Shown: positions 7,031-15,115 of the stretch, piece after piece
How the letters are laid out: each line of letters opens with the position of its first letter
How positions within the stretch are numbered: the stretch's first letter is position 1
DNA from: an uncultured bacterium
GTDB lineage: Bacteria; Vulcanimicrobiota; JAJTBE01; CAZSLZ01
Assembly: GCA_964607865.1 (NCBI GenBank)
Contig: CAZSLZ010000008.1
Location: 1 to 41,422 of the forward strand
Reading direction: 5' to 3'
DNA length: 41,422 nt
Program-made: the position numbers and the translations under genes
The notes under the pieces: generated by a model
Told to the model about the DNA's origin: nothing
Database searches by the model: none
What the model saw: only the letters and a program-made list of their open reading frames with translations

Positions 7031-7116
7031 TTAACCAATCTGCTGCAAACTAAAACTGTTATAATCAGTTGTTAAAAAATGGTTTAAAACTGTTTACAAC
7101 GAATTTATAGACTAAG

Positions 7117-8391
7117 ATGAAGATAACAGAAAAAATAGGGGAACCTTTTAAAAAGCTTTTTGCAATGCCCTGGCTGGCAAAAATGGTTTTGTTCTTATCT
7201 ATTATGGGGCCGGGGCTTATCACGGCCAATGTAGATAACGATGCCAACGGCATCGCCACCTATTCGGTGGCGGGGGCAAGTTTTGGCTATTCTATGATAT
7301 GGGTTCTATTCGTGGTGGTTTTTTTTCAGGGCCTGGTTCAGGAAATGACTGCCCGGCTGGGATGCATTACCGGCAAGGGCTTGTCGGACCTGATCAGAGA
7401 AAACTTCGGGGTAAAGGTTACTGTTTACCTCATGTTTATCCTTTTTCTGGCAAATTTTGCCAACGTTATAGGCAATTTTGCAGGTATCGCCGCCGGTGCT
7501 GAATTGTTTAATATTCCCCGTTTTGTGTCAATTCCACTGGGGGCTTTGTTTGTATGGTTCCTTGTGGTAAAAGGATCCTATGAACGAACTGAAAAAATTT
7601 TTCTGTGGGCATGCCTTATCTACCTCACCTACATCGCATCGGGCCTTATGGCGAAACCCGACTGGGGAAAAATCGCAGATTCCACTATTCATCCCCAGGT
7701 AAGTTTTGACAGAAACTACATCTATATGGTAATCGCCATAGTGGGAAGCACCATCGCCCCCTGGATGCAATTTTTTCAGCAGTCCGCCATTAGAGATAAA
7801 CAGGTGGATGAAAAGAATTATGTTTATGTAAGATGGGATACATATATCGGTACCATCGCCATGGCTATAGTCAGTTTTTTTATTATAGTAGCCTGCGCCG
7901 CCACCCTCCACGTTCAGGGAATCAAGATTGAAAGCGCCGAACAGGCCGCTCTGGCGCTTGCCCCACTGGCAGGCAAATATGCCAGTATCCTCTTCGGGGT
8001 GGGGCTTCTTAACGCAGCAATTTTTTCCACAGCTATCATTCCCATTTCCACCTCCTACGCCATCTGCGAATCATTTGGCTGGGAATCAGGAATGGGAAAA
8101 AGCTTCAAGGAAGCTCCGGTTTTTCTGGGTATCTATACCTTCATGATTGTGGCAGGCTCTTTTATTCTTATGATACCGGGAATACCCCTTATTCCCATTA
8201 TGGTTCTTTCCCAGGCGTTAAATGGAATTCTGCTGCCATTCATTCTTATTATTATTATGAAACTGATTAACGATAAAAGGCTGATGGGCAAATGGACCAA
8301 CTCGCTGGTTTTTAATATTCTTGCCTGGATCACCACTATCGTTATTTCTATTCTTTCCGTCATCCTCATTGTTATGACTTTTCAGGCATAA
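7117..8391 (+). CDS. Nramp-family divalent cation transporter, probably of the NRMT (Mg2+-selective) type
   Basis: There are eleven or twelve TMs. The TM1 motif GPGLITANVDNDANGIATYSVAGASFGY aligns with E. coli MntH [28 protein letters not shown], except that DPGN is replaced by DANG. The TM6 sequence AIVGSTIAPW replaces the GATVMPH motif, so the conserved Met is an Ala. Confidence 0.75.
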   Translation: MKITEKIGEPFKKLFAMPWLAKMVLFLSIMGPGLITANVDNDANGIATYSVAGASFGYSMIWVLFVVVFFQGLVQEMTARLGCITGKGLSDLIRENFGVKVTVYLMFILFLANFANVIGNFAGIAAGAELFNIPRFVSIPLGALFVWFLVVKGSYERTEKIFLWACLIYLTYIASGLMAKPDWGKIADSTIHPQVSFDRNYIYMVIAIVGSTIAPWMQFFQQSAIRDKQVDEKNYVYVRWDTYIGTIAMAIVSFFIIVACAATLHVQGIKIESAEQAALALAPLAGKYASILFGVGLLNAAIFSTAIIPISTSYAICESFGWESGMGKSFKEAPVFLGIYTFMIVAGSFILMIPGIPLIPIMVLSQALNGILLPFILIIIMKLINDKRLMGKWTNSLVFNILAWITTIVISILSVILIVMTFQA

Positions 8392-8494
8392 CCTGTAGAA
8401 TATTTATCTTTATAAACTGTTAATGTTCAAAATTTAAAATGAACAAAGGTTATGATTCATTAAGTGGCAAATAAATTATTGAGGTATTGATATT

Positions 8495-9406
8495 ATGAAA
8501 ACGTCTCCGTTGAACCTGATAAAAGTTTCGGTGATTCAAAGCAGAATAAAGGGTTATGATAAAGAGCACAACATAAACCGGCACCTGAAATTGATTCACA
8601 GAGCGGTAAAAGAATACTATTCGGACTTTGTATTATTGCCCAACTATGCTTTTCAGGATGAAATAGAAAAATTGCCGGGCAAAACCACCGCAAAACTGGA
8701 GAAAATTGCCCGGGAGCTGGAAATTCATATTATCGGGGGGATGAAAGAGATTGATGAGCGGGATAAAGTCTTCAATTCGGCATTTGTTATTACACCGGCG
8801 GGCAAAACCCAGCTGCTGCAGCGAAAAATTCATATTCCATATGCCGAGAAGAAAATTATAAAAGCTGCCCTGGAAATTAAAGCTTACGAAACCCCCCTTG
8901 CAAAAACAGGGTGTGTCATTGGAAACGATATTTTTTATCCCGAGGTTGCCCGCTGCCTGGCTCTGGTGGATGTAGAAATAATTTTCTTCCCTTCTTTCAT
9001 GGTGGGCAACAACGGCATCACAGCTATGGAATCCCTGGCACGGGCACGGGCAATAGAAAACCAGGTTTTTGTTGTCAATGCCAACGGAATACCTTATGAA
9101 ACAGCCAGAGTAAACCCCGATATTGAAGTGGGAAAAAGCGGAATTTATTCACCGTTCTTAAATAAGGTTGATATGATAAGAGGCAGTACCGGCGAGGAAA
9201 TAATAAATTATTCCCTGGATTTAAATGAGTTGAGAAAAATAAAGAAAAATATCAAAATGACCTCCCTGGATCATCATCAACTTGCCCATGAAAAGGAATT
9301 CAACATGCTGGCCACCCGCCGCCCCGAGGTATATTCTTACATTACGCGCCCCTATAAGAAAACACGGAAAAAAATCTATAACCTGGAAGGCCTGCTCAAA
9401 CCCTGA
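8495..9406 (+). CDS. Carbon-nitrogen hydrolase (nitrilase superfamily) homolog, apparently lacking the catalytic Glu and Cys
   Basis: The overall fold matches the family (KVSVIQ..., RKIHIPYAEKK with the catalytic Lys, GCVIGNDIFYPE, ENQVFVVNAN). The PE(L/A) Glu position reads LLPNYAF, and the ICYD/ICWE nucleophile position reads VIGND. Confidence 0.6.
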   Translation: MKTSPLNLIKVSVIQSRIKGYDKEHNINRHLKLIHRAVKEYYSDFVLLPNYAFQDEIEKLPGKTTAKLEKIARELEIHIIGGMKEIDERDKVFNSAFVITPAGKTQLLQRKIHIPYAEKKIIKAALEIKAYETPLAKTGCVIGNDIFYPEVARCLALVDVEIIFFPSFMVGNNGITAMESLARARAIENQVFVVNANGIPYETARVNPDIEVGKSGIYSPFLNKVDMIRGSTGEEIINYSLDLNELRKIKKNIKMTSLDHHQLAHEKEFNMLATRRPEVYSYITRPYKKTRKKIYNLEGLLKP

Positions 9407-9553
9407 AAATTGATTGCCAATAATTTAATTCTGGTTTGAATAATTAATATCCATAAAATATTTGCCAGCTCATAATAAACCCGGAAGGTTTTTGGGTTAT
9501 TATAAAGAAAACAATATATTACAATAAATTAATTTAAATAAGGGGGAACAGTT

Positions 9554-9997
9554 ATGGGTTTGTCATGTCCGATTGCATACGAAAAAATTGATGAAAATGT
9601 GGCAAGAATGAATGGAGTTCTGGCCTTCATAGTTGCCATTTTATTCATTTTTACAGGTTTGAAATGGCTGGCTTTTTTTCTGTTGGCGGATTTTGGGCTG
9701 AGAGCTTTCAAACAGGGCAAATTAAGCCCGTTGTGCTTTTTCAGTAAAACCATAATGAAACTGGCAAATAAGGAACCTTCACCAACAAATGCCGGGCCCA
9801 AATATTTTGCAGCCAGAATCGGCTTTGCTTTTTCCCTCATCATTTCAATCCTGGTGGTATTAAATTATCTGGGATACCAAAACTTCTTGTTCCCTGCATT
9901 AATTCTGGCTGGAATGCTGAGTTTCTTCGCCTTTCTTGAAGGTTTTTTCGGCTTTTGTGTTGCCTGTAAAATTTATCCTCTGGTTGTAAAACAATAA
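9554..9997 (+). CDS. Small integral membrane protein (DUF4395-like)
   Basis: The 147-aa protein starts MGLSCPIAYEKIDENVARMNGVLAFIVAILF and has four predicted TM helices. A strong AAGGGGGA RBS lies upstream. Confidence 0.5.
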   Translation: MGLSCPIAYEKIDENVARMNGVLAFIVAILFIFTGLKWLAFFLLADFGLRAFKQGKLSPLCFFSKTIMKLANKEPSPTNAGPKYFAARIGFAFSLIISILVVLNYLGYQNFLFPALILAGMLSFFAFLEGFFGFCVACKIYPLVVKQ

Positions 9998-10092
9998 GTC
10001 TTTATTGTCTGTTTTCAACTCATGTTGATTCTATGTTTACCCCTGGTAAATGTTGATAAAAAATTATTTATAAATACTTTCATTTTGATTAT

Positions 10093-10121
10093 TTGACATT
10101 TTCATAACAGGTTGGTATAAT
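10093..10121 (+). promoter_or_regulatory. Consensus sigma70 promoter: TTGACA, a 17-nt spacer, then TATAAT
   Basis: The -35 hexamer TTGACA at 10093-10098 is followed by a 17-nt spacer (ttttcataacaggttgg) and the -10 hexamer TATAAT at 10116-10121. This places the transcription start about 45 nt upstream of the pilin-like ATG. Confidence 0.6.
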
Positions 10122-10174
10122 ATAATAAAAAAATACTTTCTTCTGAATTACCGGATGAACAGAAGGAAAGAATA

Positions 10175-10651
10175 ATGATAAAAAAAGGTTTTACCCTTAT
10201 AGAATTGATGATTGTTATTGCAATCATTTCAATTCTTGCTTCAATTATCATACCCAATATTACCCAGGCAAGGCAAAGAGCCCAGCTTACCGCCTGCATA
10301 GAAAACATGAAAACCATGCAGGTGGCTATGAATATGTTTCTTGCCGACACTCCTTCCCAACCTCACGGGACACAAAATCACGCTTATATGGATAACAATT
10401 ATTCCCCTTTTTATCCCAATTATCTTTCTCAAATGCCTGTATGCCCTGCAAGCCCCTATGGCTACAACATGTGCCTGGCATTTGATGATAATAGCGAGGG
10501 AAATGTCTGCATCCATATTTACCATGACAATGGATGTGATCATCATCGCGACATCATGCTGAAAATTACCAATGGCAGCTGTGATTCGGGCCCTCATTAC
10601 CTTAATTGTTACGGAAACGAGGGCTGGTGCCCCGATGAATTGGGAATGTAA
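10175..10651 (+). CDS. Type IV pilin / pseudopilin-like protein with a prepilin N-terminus and a Cys/His-rich C-terminal domain
   Basis: The N-terminus MIKKGFTLIELMIVIAIISILASIIIPN has the class III leader (G|FTLIE with Glu at +5). The C-terminus has nine Cys and several His (CPASPYGYNMC...CIHIYHDNGCDHHRD...CDSGPHYLNCYGNEGWCPDE). An AAGGAAAG RBS lies upstream. Confidence 0.7.
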   Translation: MIKKGFTLIELMIVIAIISILASIIIPNITQARQRAQLTACIENMKTMQVAMNMFLADTPSQPHGTQNHAYMDNNYSPFYPNYLSQMPVCPASPYGYNMCLAFDDNSEGNVCIHIYHDNGCDHHRDIMLKITNGSCDSGPHYLNCYGNEGWCPDELGM

Positions 10652-10654
10652 GGT

Positions 10655-11011
10655 TTAACCAAAGGCTTTGGCTATATGGTTAACCGTAAATGTACCCAGG
10701 GTTCCAGCTATGCTGGCAATTACCAGTGGCGCACCCAACCCGGTTAAAGCCCCTCCGATTATTTCCGGTGTAAACTCAGCATCAGCCAGGGAATCGGCAA
10801 GAGTTTTCTCCCGTAGATCCTGATTTCGGTCGGCGCCAAAATTCTGCATTAATATTCTGGTCTTCTTTGCCCGATCAAGATGGGTATCAGGAGAACGGGA
10901 AATATTCACATAATCGTTTGTATCGATTTGGTGAGTATTATCTTTCTTTAATTTGCCGGGGTTCGTTGAAGAAAAGTTTCCGGTAAAATTCCCTATTTTA
11001 CCCGTTTCCAT
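10655..11011 (-). CDS. Hypothetical protein with a Gly-rich hydrophobic C-terminus
   Basis: The 118-aa ORF lies 18 nt downstream of the preceding minus-strand gene and has an AAGGGGA RBS. Its C-terminus reads IIGGALTGLGAPLVIASIAGTLGTF. I recognise no family. Confidence 0.35.
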   Translation of the reverse strand: METGKIGNFTGNFSSTNPGKLKKDNTHQIDTNDYVNISRSPDTHLDRAKKTRILMQNFGADRNQDLREKTLADSLADAEFTPEIIGGALTGLGAPLVIASIAGTLGTFTVNHIAKAFG

Positions 11012-11029
11012 AAATAAGTCCCCTTGAAA

Positions 11030-11689
11030 TTACTGGGTCTTGCCGAAAGACACATTCCATTTTCCACTGGCCTTGATTTGAACTATATAGGTTCCTTCAG
11101 CAGGAATATTAACAGTTGTGCTGTCGGTAAAATGGCCCACCGAATTTGCCAGCTCAGCCACTCTTCTTCCCCTGCTGTCAATCAGATAAGCAGAGAAGTT
11201 TCTTCCACCCTTATGGCCCACAGTAAAAAGGTATTTTCCCTCTTCCAGTTTGAAGGTGGGGGTAGCATCCATAGTGTTGGTTTCGCCGGAAAATTCATTT
11301 TCACCCTCTTTGGCGGCTATGGTAGAAAAAACACTGGCCACCCATTCGCCGTCAGCTTCGGTAGCTTCCATATATCTTTTTACTTTGATATTCTCTTCTT
11401 CGGCATCAGCGGGTTTATTTACGGCAACCACTTTTCTGCCTTTGAAGGGGCCCACGCCAGATGCCAAAACATCAGTAACAACGCCAGCTTCATTTTTGAC
11501 AACGAAATTAAACTTGCTGAAACCCTTGTTGTTGATTTCAAAAAGATAAAGCCCCGGGGGCAAACGAAACACCTTGGTTCTGGATTTTCCTGACATTTTG
11601 AAGGGGTTGGCAAAAACTGAAACGGTTAAAACCGCTATAAGCAGCCCTATGATAATCAAGGTTTTAAAATGAGTTGTTTTTCTCATCAC
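11030..11689 (-). CDS. Secreted hypothetical protein with two internal repeats
   Basis: The signal peptide is MMRKTTHFKTLIIIGLLIAVLTVSVFA. Two related segments are present (LPPGLYLFEINNKGFSKFNFVV... and LEEGKYLFTVGHKGGRNFSAYLI...). Confidence 0.5.
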   Translation of the reverse strand: MMRKTTHFKTLIIIGLLIAVLTVSVFANPFKMSGKSRTKVFRLPPGLYLFEINNKGFSKFNFVVKNEAGVVTDVLASGVGPFKGRKVVAVNKPADAEEENIKVKRYMEATEADGEWVASVFSTIAAKEGENEFSGETNTMDATPTFKLEEGKYLFTVGHKGGRNFSAYLIDSRGRRVAELANSVGHFTDSTTVNIPAEGTYIVQIKASGKWNVSFGKTQ

Positions 11690-11935
11690 TTCTACATCCT
11701 CCTGGTTCTTTTTTTATACAGTATATTTCTTGGTTTTATACATTTTTCCCTTGTAAGAACTTCTGTATTTATTTTACCTCTCATATAAGCAATAATTCAA
11801 TGACCTATTGTTAATAAAATGTTAATTTAATCATTGTTAATTCATATATTGTGAAGGATATATCAATCTAACCATGGAATAAAATCAGGGGTCAGTTTAC
11901 TGGCTTTTTTTGTAAAAAAACTTAAGAGTAGGGCT

Positions 11936-12673
11936 ATGAAAGAAAACCCTGAAAAAGGAAGAATTTTTGGGCTGAATATCCACCGGGTAACTCTGGATGA
12001 AACCATGGAGTTGATAGATAACATGGTAAAACAGGGCGGGGCCCATCTGGTGGTAACCCTGGGAGTGGAAATGATAATGAGGGCACAAAACGACCCGGAA
12101 TTTGCCAATATCGTAAATGAAGCTTCCCTGGTGGTTCCCGATTCGGTGGGAGTACTATGGAGCTGTAAAAAAGGCGGGTTTGCCCTGAAAGAAAGAGTGC
12201 CCGGCGTGGACATCCTTTATTCTTCCGCCCGAAACCGGGAAAAGTACCCCTGGAAAGTCTTCTTCCTGGGGGCAAAACCTGGAACAGCTGAAAGAGCCAA
12301 AGAAAAAATAGAAAAGGAATTTCCGGGTTATCAAGTGGTGGGAACCCATCATGGCTATTTCAGGGAAGACAGGGAAGTCATTGACATAATCCGGGATGCC
12401 AACCCCGATATCTTATTTATTGCCTTGGGTTCGCCTTTTCAGGAAAAATGGTTTATGAAAAACCGCCACCAGTTGGGCGATATAGTTGCCCTGGGAGTGG
12501 GGGGCAGCCTGGATGTGGTATCAGGCGAGGCCCGTAGAGCTCCTGTTTTTTTCCAGAAAATGGGGCTGGAATGGTTCTACAGGCTGGTTACACAACCGGC
12601 GCGTTTTAAAAGAATGCTGGTACTGCCAGCTTTTGCAATCAAGGTTTTAATTGAAGGGACTGACAATAAATGA
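11936..12673 (+). CDS. WecB/TagA/CpsF-family glycosyltransferase (N-acetylmannosaminyl / ManNAcA transferase type)
   Basis: The translation IFGLNIHRVTLDETMELI...VVTLGVEMIM...FLGAKPGTAERAKEKIEKEFPG...ILFIALGSPFQEKW...GVGGSLDVVSGEARRAP...WFYRL is a full-length match to the WecG/TagA family. Confidence 0.8.
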   Translation: MKENPEKGRIFGLNIHRVTLDETMELIDNMVKQGGAHLVVTLGVEMIMRAQNDPEFANIVNEASLVVPDSVGVLWSCKKGGFALKERVPGVDILYSSARNREKYPWKVFFLGAKPGTAERAKEKIEKEFPGYQVVGTHHGYFREDREVIDIIRDANPDILFIALGSPFQEKWFMKNRHQLGDIVALGVGGSLDVVSGEARRAPVFFQKMGLEWFYRLVTQPARFKRMLVLPAFAIKVLIEGTDNK

Positions 12674-13758
12674 AAGCAATGATTCTGGCAGCCGGCGGCG
12701 GCACCCGGTTGTATCCACTTACTTTTTCTCTGCCCAAACCCATGGCTCCGGTGATGAACCGTCCGGTTATGGAACATATCATCGAACACCTGAAACAACA
12801 CAATTTTAATGAAATCATGGTTAATTTGCATAATTTTCCCCATTCCATAGAAAACTATTTTAAAAATGGCAAGGATTTCGGGGTCAGAATGAAATATTCC
12901 CATGAAACCGAATTGCTGGGAACTGCCGGAGGGGTAAAAAAGGTAGAACGGTTTTTTGACGACACTTTTCTGGTTACCGGTGGCGATGACCTCCATGATA
13001 TTGACCTCACAGCACTGGTAAATTTTCATAAGGAAAAAAATGCCCTTGCCACTATCGGGCTTTCCCCGGTAGAACAAGTCCAGCATTACGGTGTGGTTGT
13101 AACCGATAACGAAGGTAAAATCCTTGAATTTCAGGAAAAACCCGACCCAGAAGAAGCAAAAAGTAAATGGGTAAACAATGGCCTGTATATCTTCGAACCC
13201 CAGGTTCTGGAGATGATCCCCCCAAATACTTTTTACGATTTCGGGTCCGAGTTGTTCCCCCTGCTGAAAGAACAGGGCGCTCCCTTCTATGGCTTCAAAA
13301 CCCATGACTACTGGAAAGACATAGGTAACCTGGTGGAATATCGAAAAGCACATTTTGACTGCCTTAAAAATAAAGTTTGTGTCAATTTCCCCGGCGAGGA
13401 AATCCGGCCGGATATCTGGGTGGAAGAAGATGTGGACCTGCCTGAAGATATCGAAATTAAACCTCCGGTTCTAATCGGAAAACAATGCAAATTCGGCAAA
13501 AATGTAAAACTGCACGGCCCACTGGTCATGGGTAAATATAATGTCATTGATGACAATACAAAAGTTATAAGATCTATTATGTGGGATTTCAACCATATCA
13601 GGAAAAACTCAAGAATTGTCGATTGCCTTATTGGCGACGAATGTATGCTGGATGGCGGGTCCGACTACGAAGAAACGGTGCTGGGCAGTGAAATGAAATA
13701 TGTTTTTAATGACTATTTCAGGCATAAAAGAATGGTGGTAAGCTGTAAAAACAGCTGA
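12670..13758 (+). CDS. Sugar-phosphate nucleotidyltransferase (GDP-mannose/dTDP-glucose pyrophosphorylase-like) with a C-terminal left-handed beta-helix
   Basis: The N-terminus has the NTP-transferase signature MKAMILAAGGGTRLYPLT...PKPM. The C-terminal hexapeptide-repeat region is KVCVNFPGEEIRPDIWVEEDVDL...IGKQCKFGKNVKLHGPLVMGKYNVIDD. Its start overlaps the preceding stop in ATGA, which suggests translational coupling. Confidence 0.75.
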   Translation: MKAMILAAGGGTRLYPLTFSLPKPMAPVMNRPVMEHIIEHLKQHNFNEIMVNLHNFPHSIENYFKNGKDFGVRMKYSHETELLGTAGGVKKVERFFDDTFLVTGGDDLHDIDLTALVNFHKEKNALATIGLSPVEQVQHYGVVVTDNEGKILEFQEKPDPEEAKSKWVNNGLYIFEPQVLEMIPPNTFYDFGSELFPLLKEQGAPFYGFKTHDYWKDIGNLVEYRKAHFDCLKNKVCVNFPGEEIRPDIWVEEDVDLPEDIEIKPPVLIGKQCKFGKNVKLHGPLVMGKYNVIDDNTKVIRSIMWDFNHIRKNSRIVDCLIGDECMLDGGSDYEETVLGSEMKYVFNDYFRHKRMVVSCKNS

Positions 13759-13770
13759 ACTCGTTCAACT

Positions 13771-14628
13771 TCAGTCTTTCCAGTAGAATATTTTCAGGCG
13801 AATCCGGTTATCCTGGGATTTTTCAGCCATAATCAGAGTTTTTTTGCTCGCTTTTTCCAGATAAAGGCTCAGGGTATCTTCTCCGCCGGCGCCGGACCCG
13901 GGCACGTACCAGCCCTGGTCTTTCATTTTCCGTTCATAGTAATCAATAACCGATTCCAGGCTTACATTTCCCAGGGTATTAGTGCTATAAAAAAAGTTCA
14001 TAGGCAGTTTTTCATATTTATCCTGAATCACCATGGATGGGGACATCTTGTAACCCGGATAAATGGGAATATCTTCATAAAGAGTTTCGGGTTTTTTTTC
14101 CAGTTTTTCCTTTCCCGGCGGCAAAAAACTGTTTTTCCCGGTATCGGGCCCTGTATTTGGGGTATCTGCCTTTTCCGGGGCAGGGAAGAGTTTCCGGGGG
14201 TTGTAATTCTCCAGCTTTTCTACTGTGAATCCGTCTATCCACCACAAATTATTGCTTTTGGCCAGGGTGGATTTAATCTTATATACCCCTTCTTCTTCCT
14301 TATTGTCAAAATTATCAACCGATTTTATTACAGCCTGAACCACAGCCCGGTTATCCTTTTTTTCAACAAGCTCGTTTTCCAGCAATTCCAGGCTTACATT
14401 GCTGGCCCATACCCTTTTATACCAGTCTTCATAAGCTGTCTTCCTATTGGCTCTTTCAGTCCTTAAACTATAAGCATCCCTGAACTTTTTTCCGCTGATG
14501 CAGCTATAATAATAAGCCAGGCATTTTACCGGGTCAGTCTGCTCCAGGGTTTTTCCCGCCATTACAATGGTTGGTGAAATTACTATCAATATAGAACATG
14601 AAATTATAAATAAAAAATTCTTTTTCAT
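13771..14628 (-). CDS. Secreted hypothetical protein
   Basis: The signal peptide is MKKNFLFIISCSILIVISPTIVMA. The start is chosen at the third Met of MMMKK (14628) because a GGGGA lies 7 nt upstream. The track ORF begins 24 nt earlier. Confidence 0.45.
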   Translation of the reverse strand: MKKNFLFIISCSILIVISPTIVMAGKTLEQTDPVKCLAYYYSCISGKKFRDAYSLRTERANRKTAYEDWYKRVWASNVSLELLENELVEKKDNRAVVQAVIKSVDNFDNKEEEGVYKIKSTLAKSNNLWWIDGFTVEKLENYNPRKLFPAPEKADTPNTGPDTGKNSFLPPGKEKLEKKPETLYEDIPIYPGYKMSPSMVIQDKYEKLPMNFFYSTNTLGNVSLESVIDYYERKMKDQGWYVPGSGAGGEDTLSLYLEKASKKTLIMAEKSQDNRIRLKIFYWKD

Positions 14629-14768
14629 CATCATTCCCCATTTCTTTTCCATGTAACAGTTTAAATCTCTAATCGGTTTTTCCTACTGAATTATGTTACT
14701 CAAAAAATAAAGGCAATTTTCAGGAAAAAAAACGAAAAAGATAAATATAATTTTTGGGGAGGATGTTT

Positions 14769-15005
14769 ATGAAAAAGTCAGTGGGTGTTTATTTTCTTTC
14801 ATTAATAACTATTCTTATATTATGCCAGGGTTTTCTGCCGGTTTTAGCAAGCCCCAGGAAACCCGATTATTGCTTTGCTCAAAAATATTCAGCAGGGGAA
14901 GTTTACGAAAACCCCGACAAGGCAAAAGAATTTCTAACAGTAGTTTCGCATTATGAAAAAAAATATTTTTTTCATAATGCGAAACTACTGCCCGATCTAA
15001 ACTGA
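14769..15005 (+). CDS. Possible small secreted protein whose C-terminus is encoded by a long palindrome
   Basis: A GGGGAGG RBS precedes ATG 14769. The signal peptide is MKKSVGVYFLSLITILILCQGFLPVLASP. The last roughly 18 codons are supplied by the 14938-14992 inverted repeat, so coding status is uncertain. Confidence 0.3.
   Translation: MKKSVGVYFLSLITILILCQGFLPVLASPRKPDYCFAQKYSAGEVYENPDKAKEFLTVVSHYEKKYFFHNAKLLPDLN
14938..14992. repeat. Near-perfect 26-bp inverted repeat (cagtagtttcgcattatgaaaaaaaa / ttttttttcataatgcgaaactactg)
   Basis: Visible directly in the sequence. It produces mirror-image ORFs on both strands (VVSHYEKKYFFHNAKLL on the plus strand and AVVSHYEKNIFFHNAKLL on the minus strand). 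It lies between the convergent small ORF and gcvPB. Confidence 0.7.
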
Positions 15006-15062
15006 GATTGCCACGCCTCTTTGAGGCTCTCAATGGCAAATTTGAGATTCTTTTAGAAAATC

Positions 15063-15094
15063 TAAAAGGAGCCATCCTTTTGGGACAGCTCCAT
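15063..15094. terminator. Conserved GGGACAGC hairpin (aaaaggagccatccttttgggacagctccatt), a probable bidirectional terminator
   Basis: It lies 22 nt downstream of the gcvPB stop on the minus strand. The same core sequence occurs at 281, 23141, 28340 and 34637. Confidence 0.5.
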
Positions 15095-15115
15095 TATTAT
15101 TTTAAAACCTTTTTT

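Noticed and set aside
7528-7911. A 127-aa minus-strand ORF and other short ORFs (7299..7502, 7928..8146, 8133..8369) lie within the Nramp gene.
   Set aside because: They are antisense or out-of-frame overlaps of a full-length, family-matching transporter gene.
12577-13353. A 258-aa minus-strand ORF opposite the nucleotidyltransferase gene. A similar 258-aa ORF at 31980..32756 lies opposite the P-loop gene.
   Set aside because: Both are antisense to longer ORFs with clear domain signatures. Their translations are low-complexity with no recognisable motifs.
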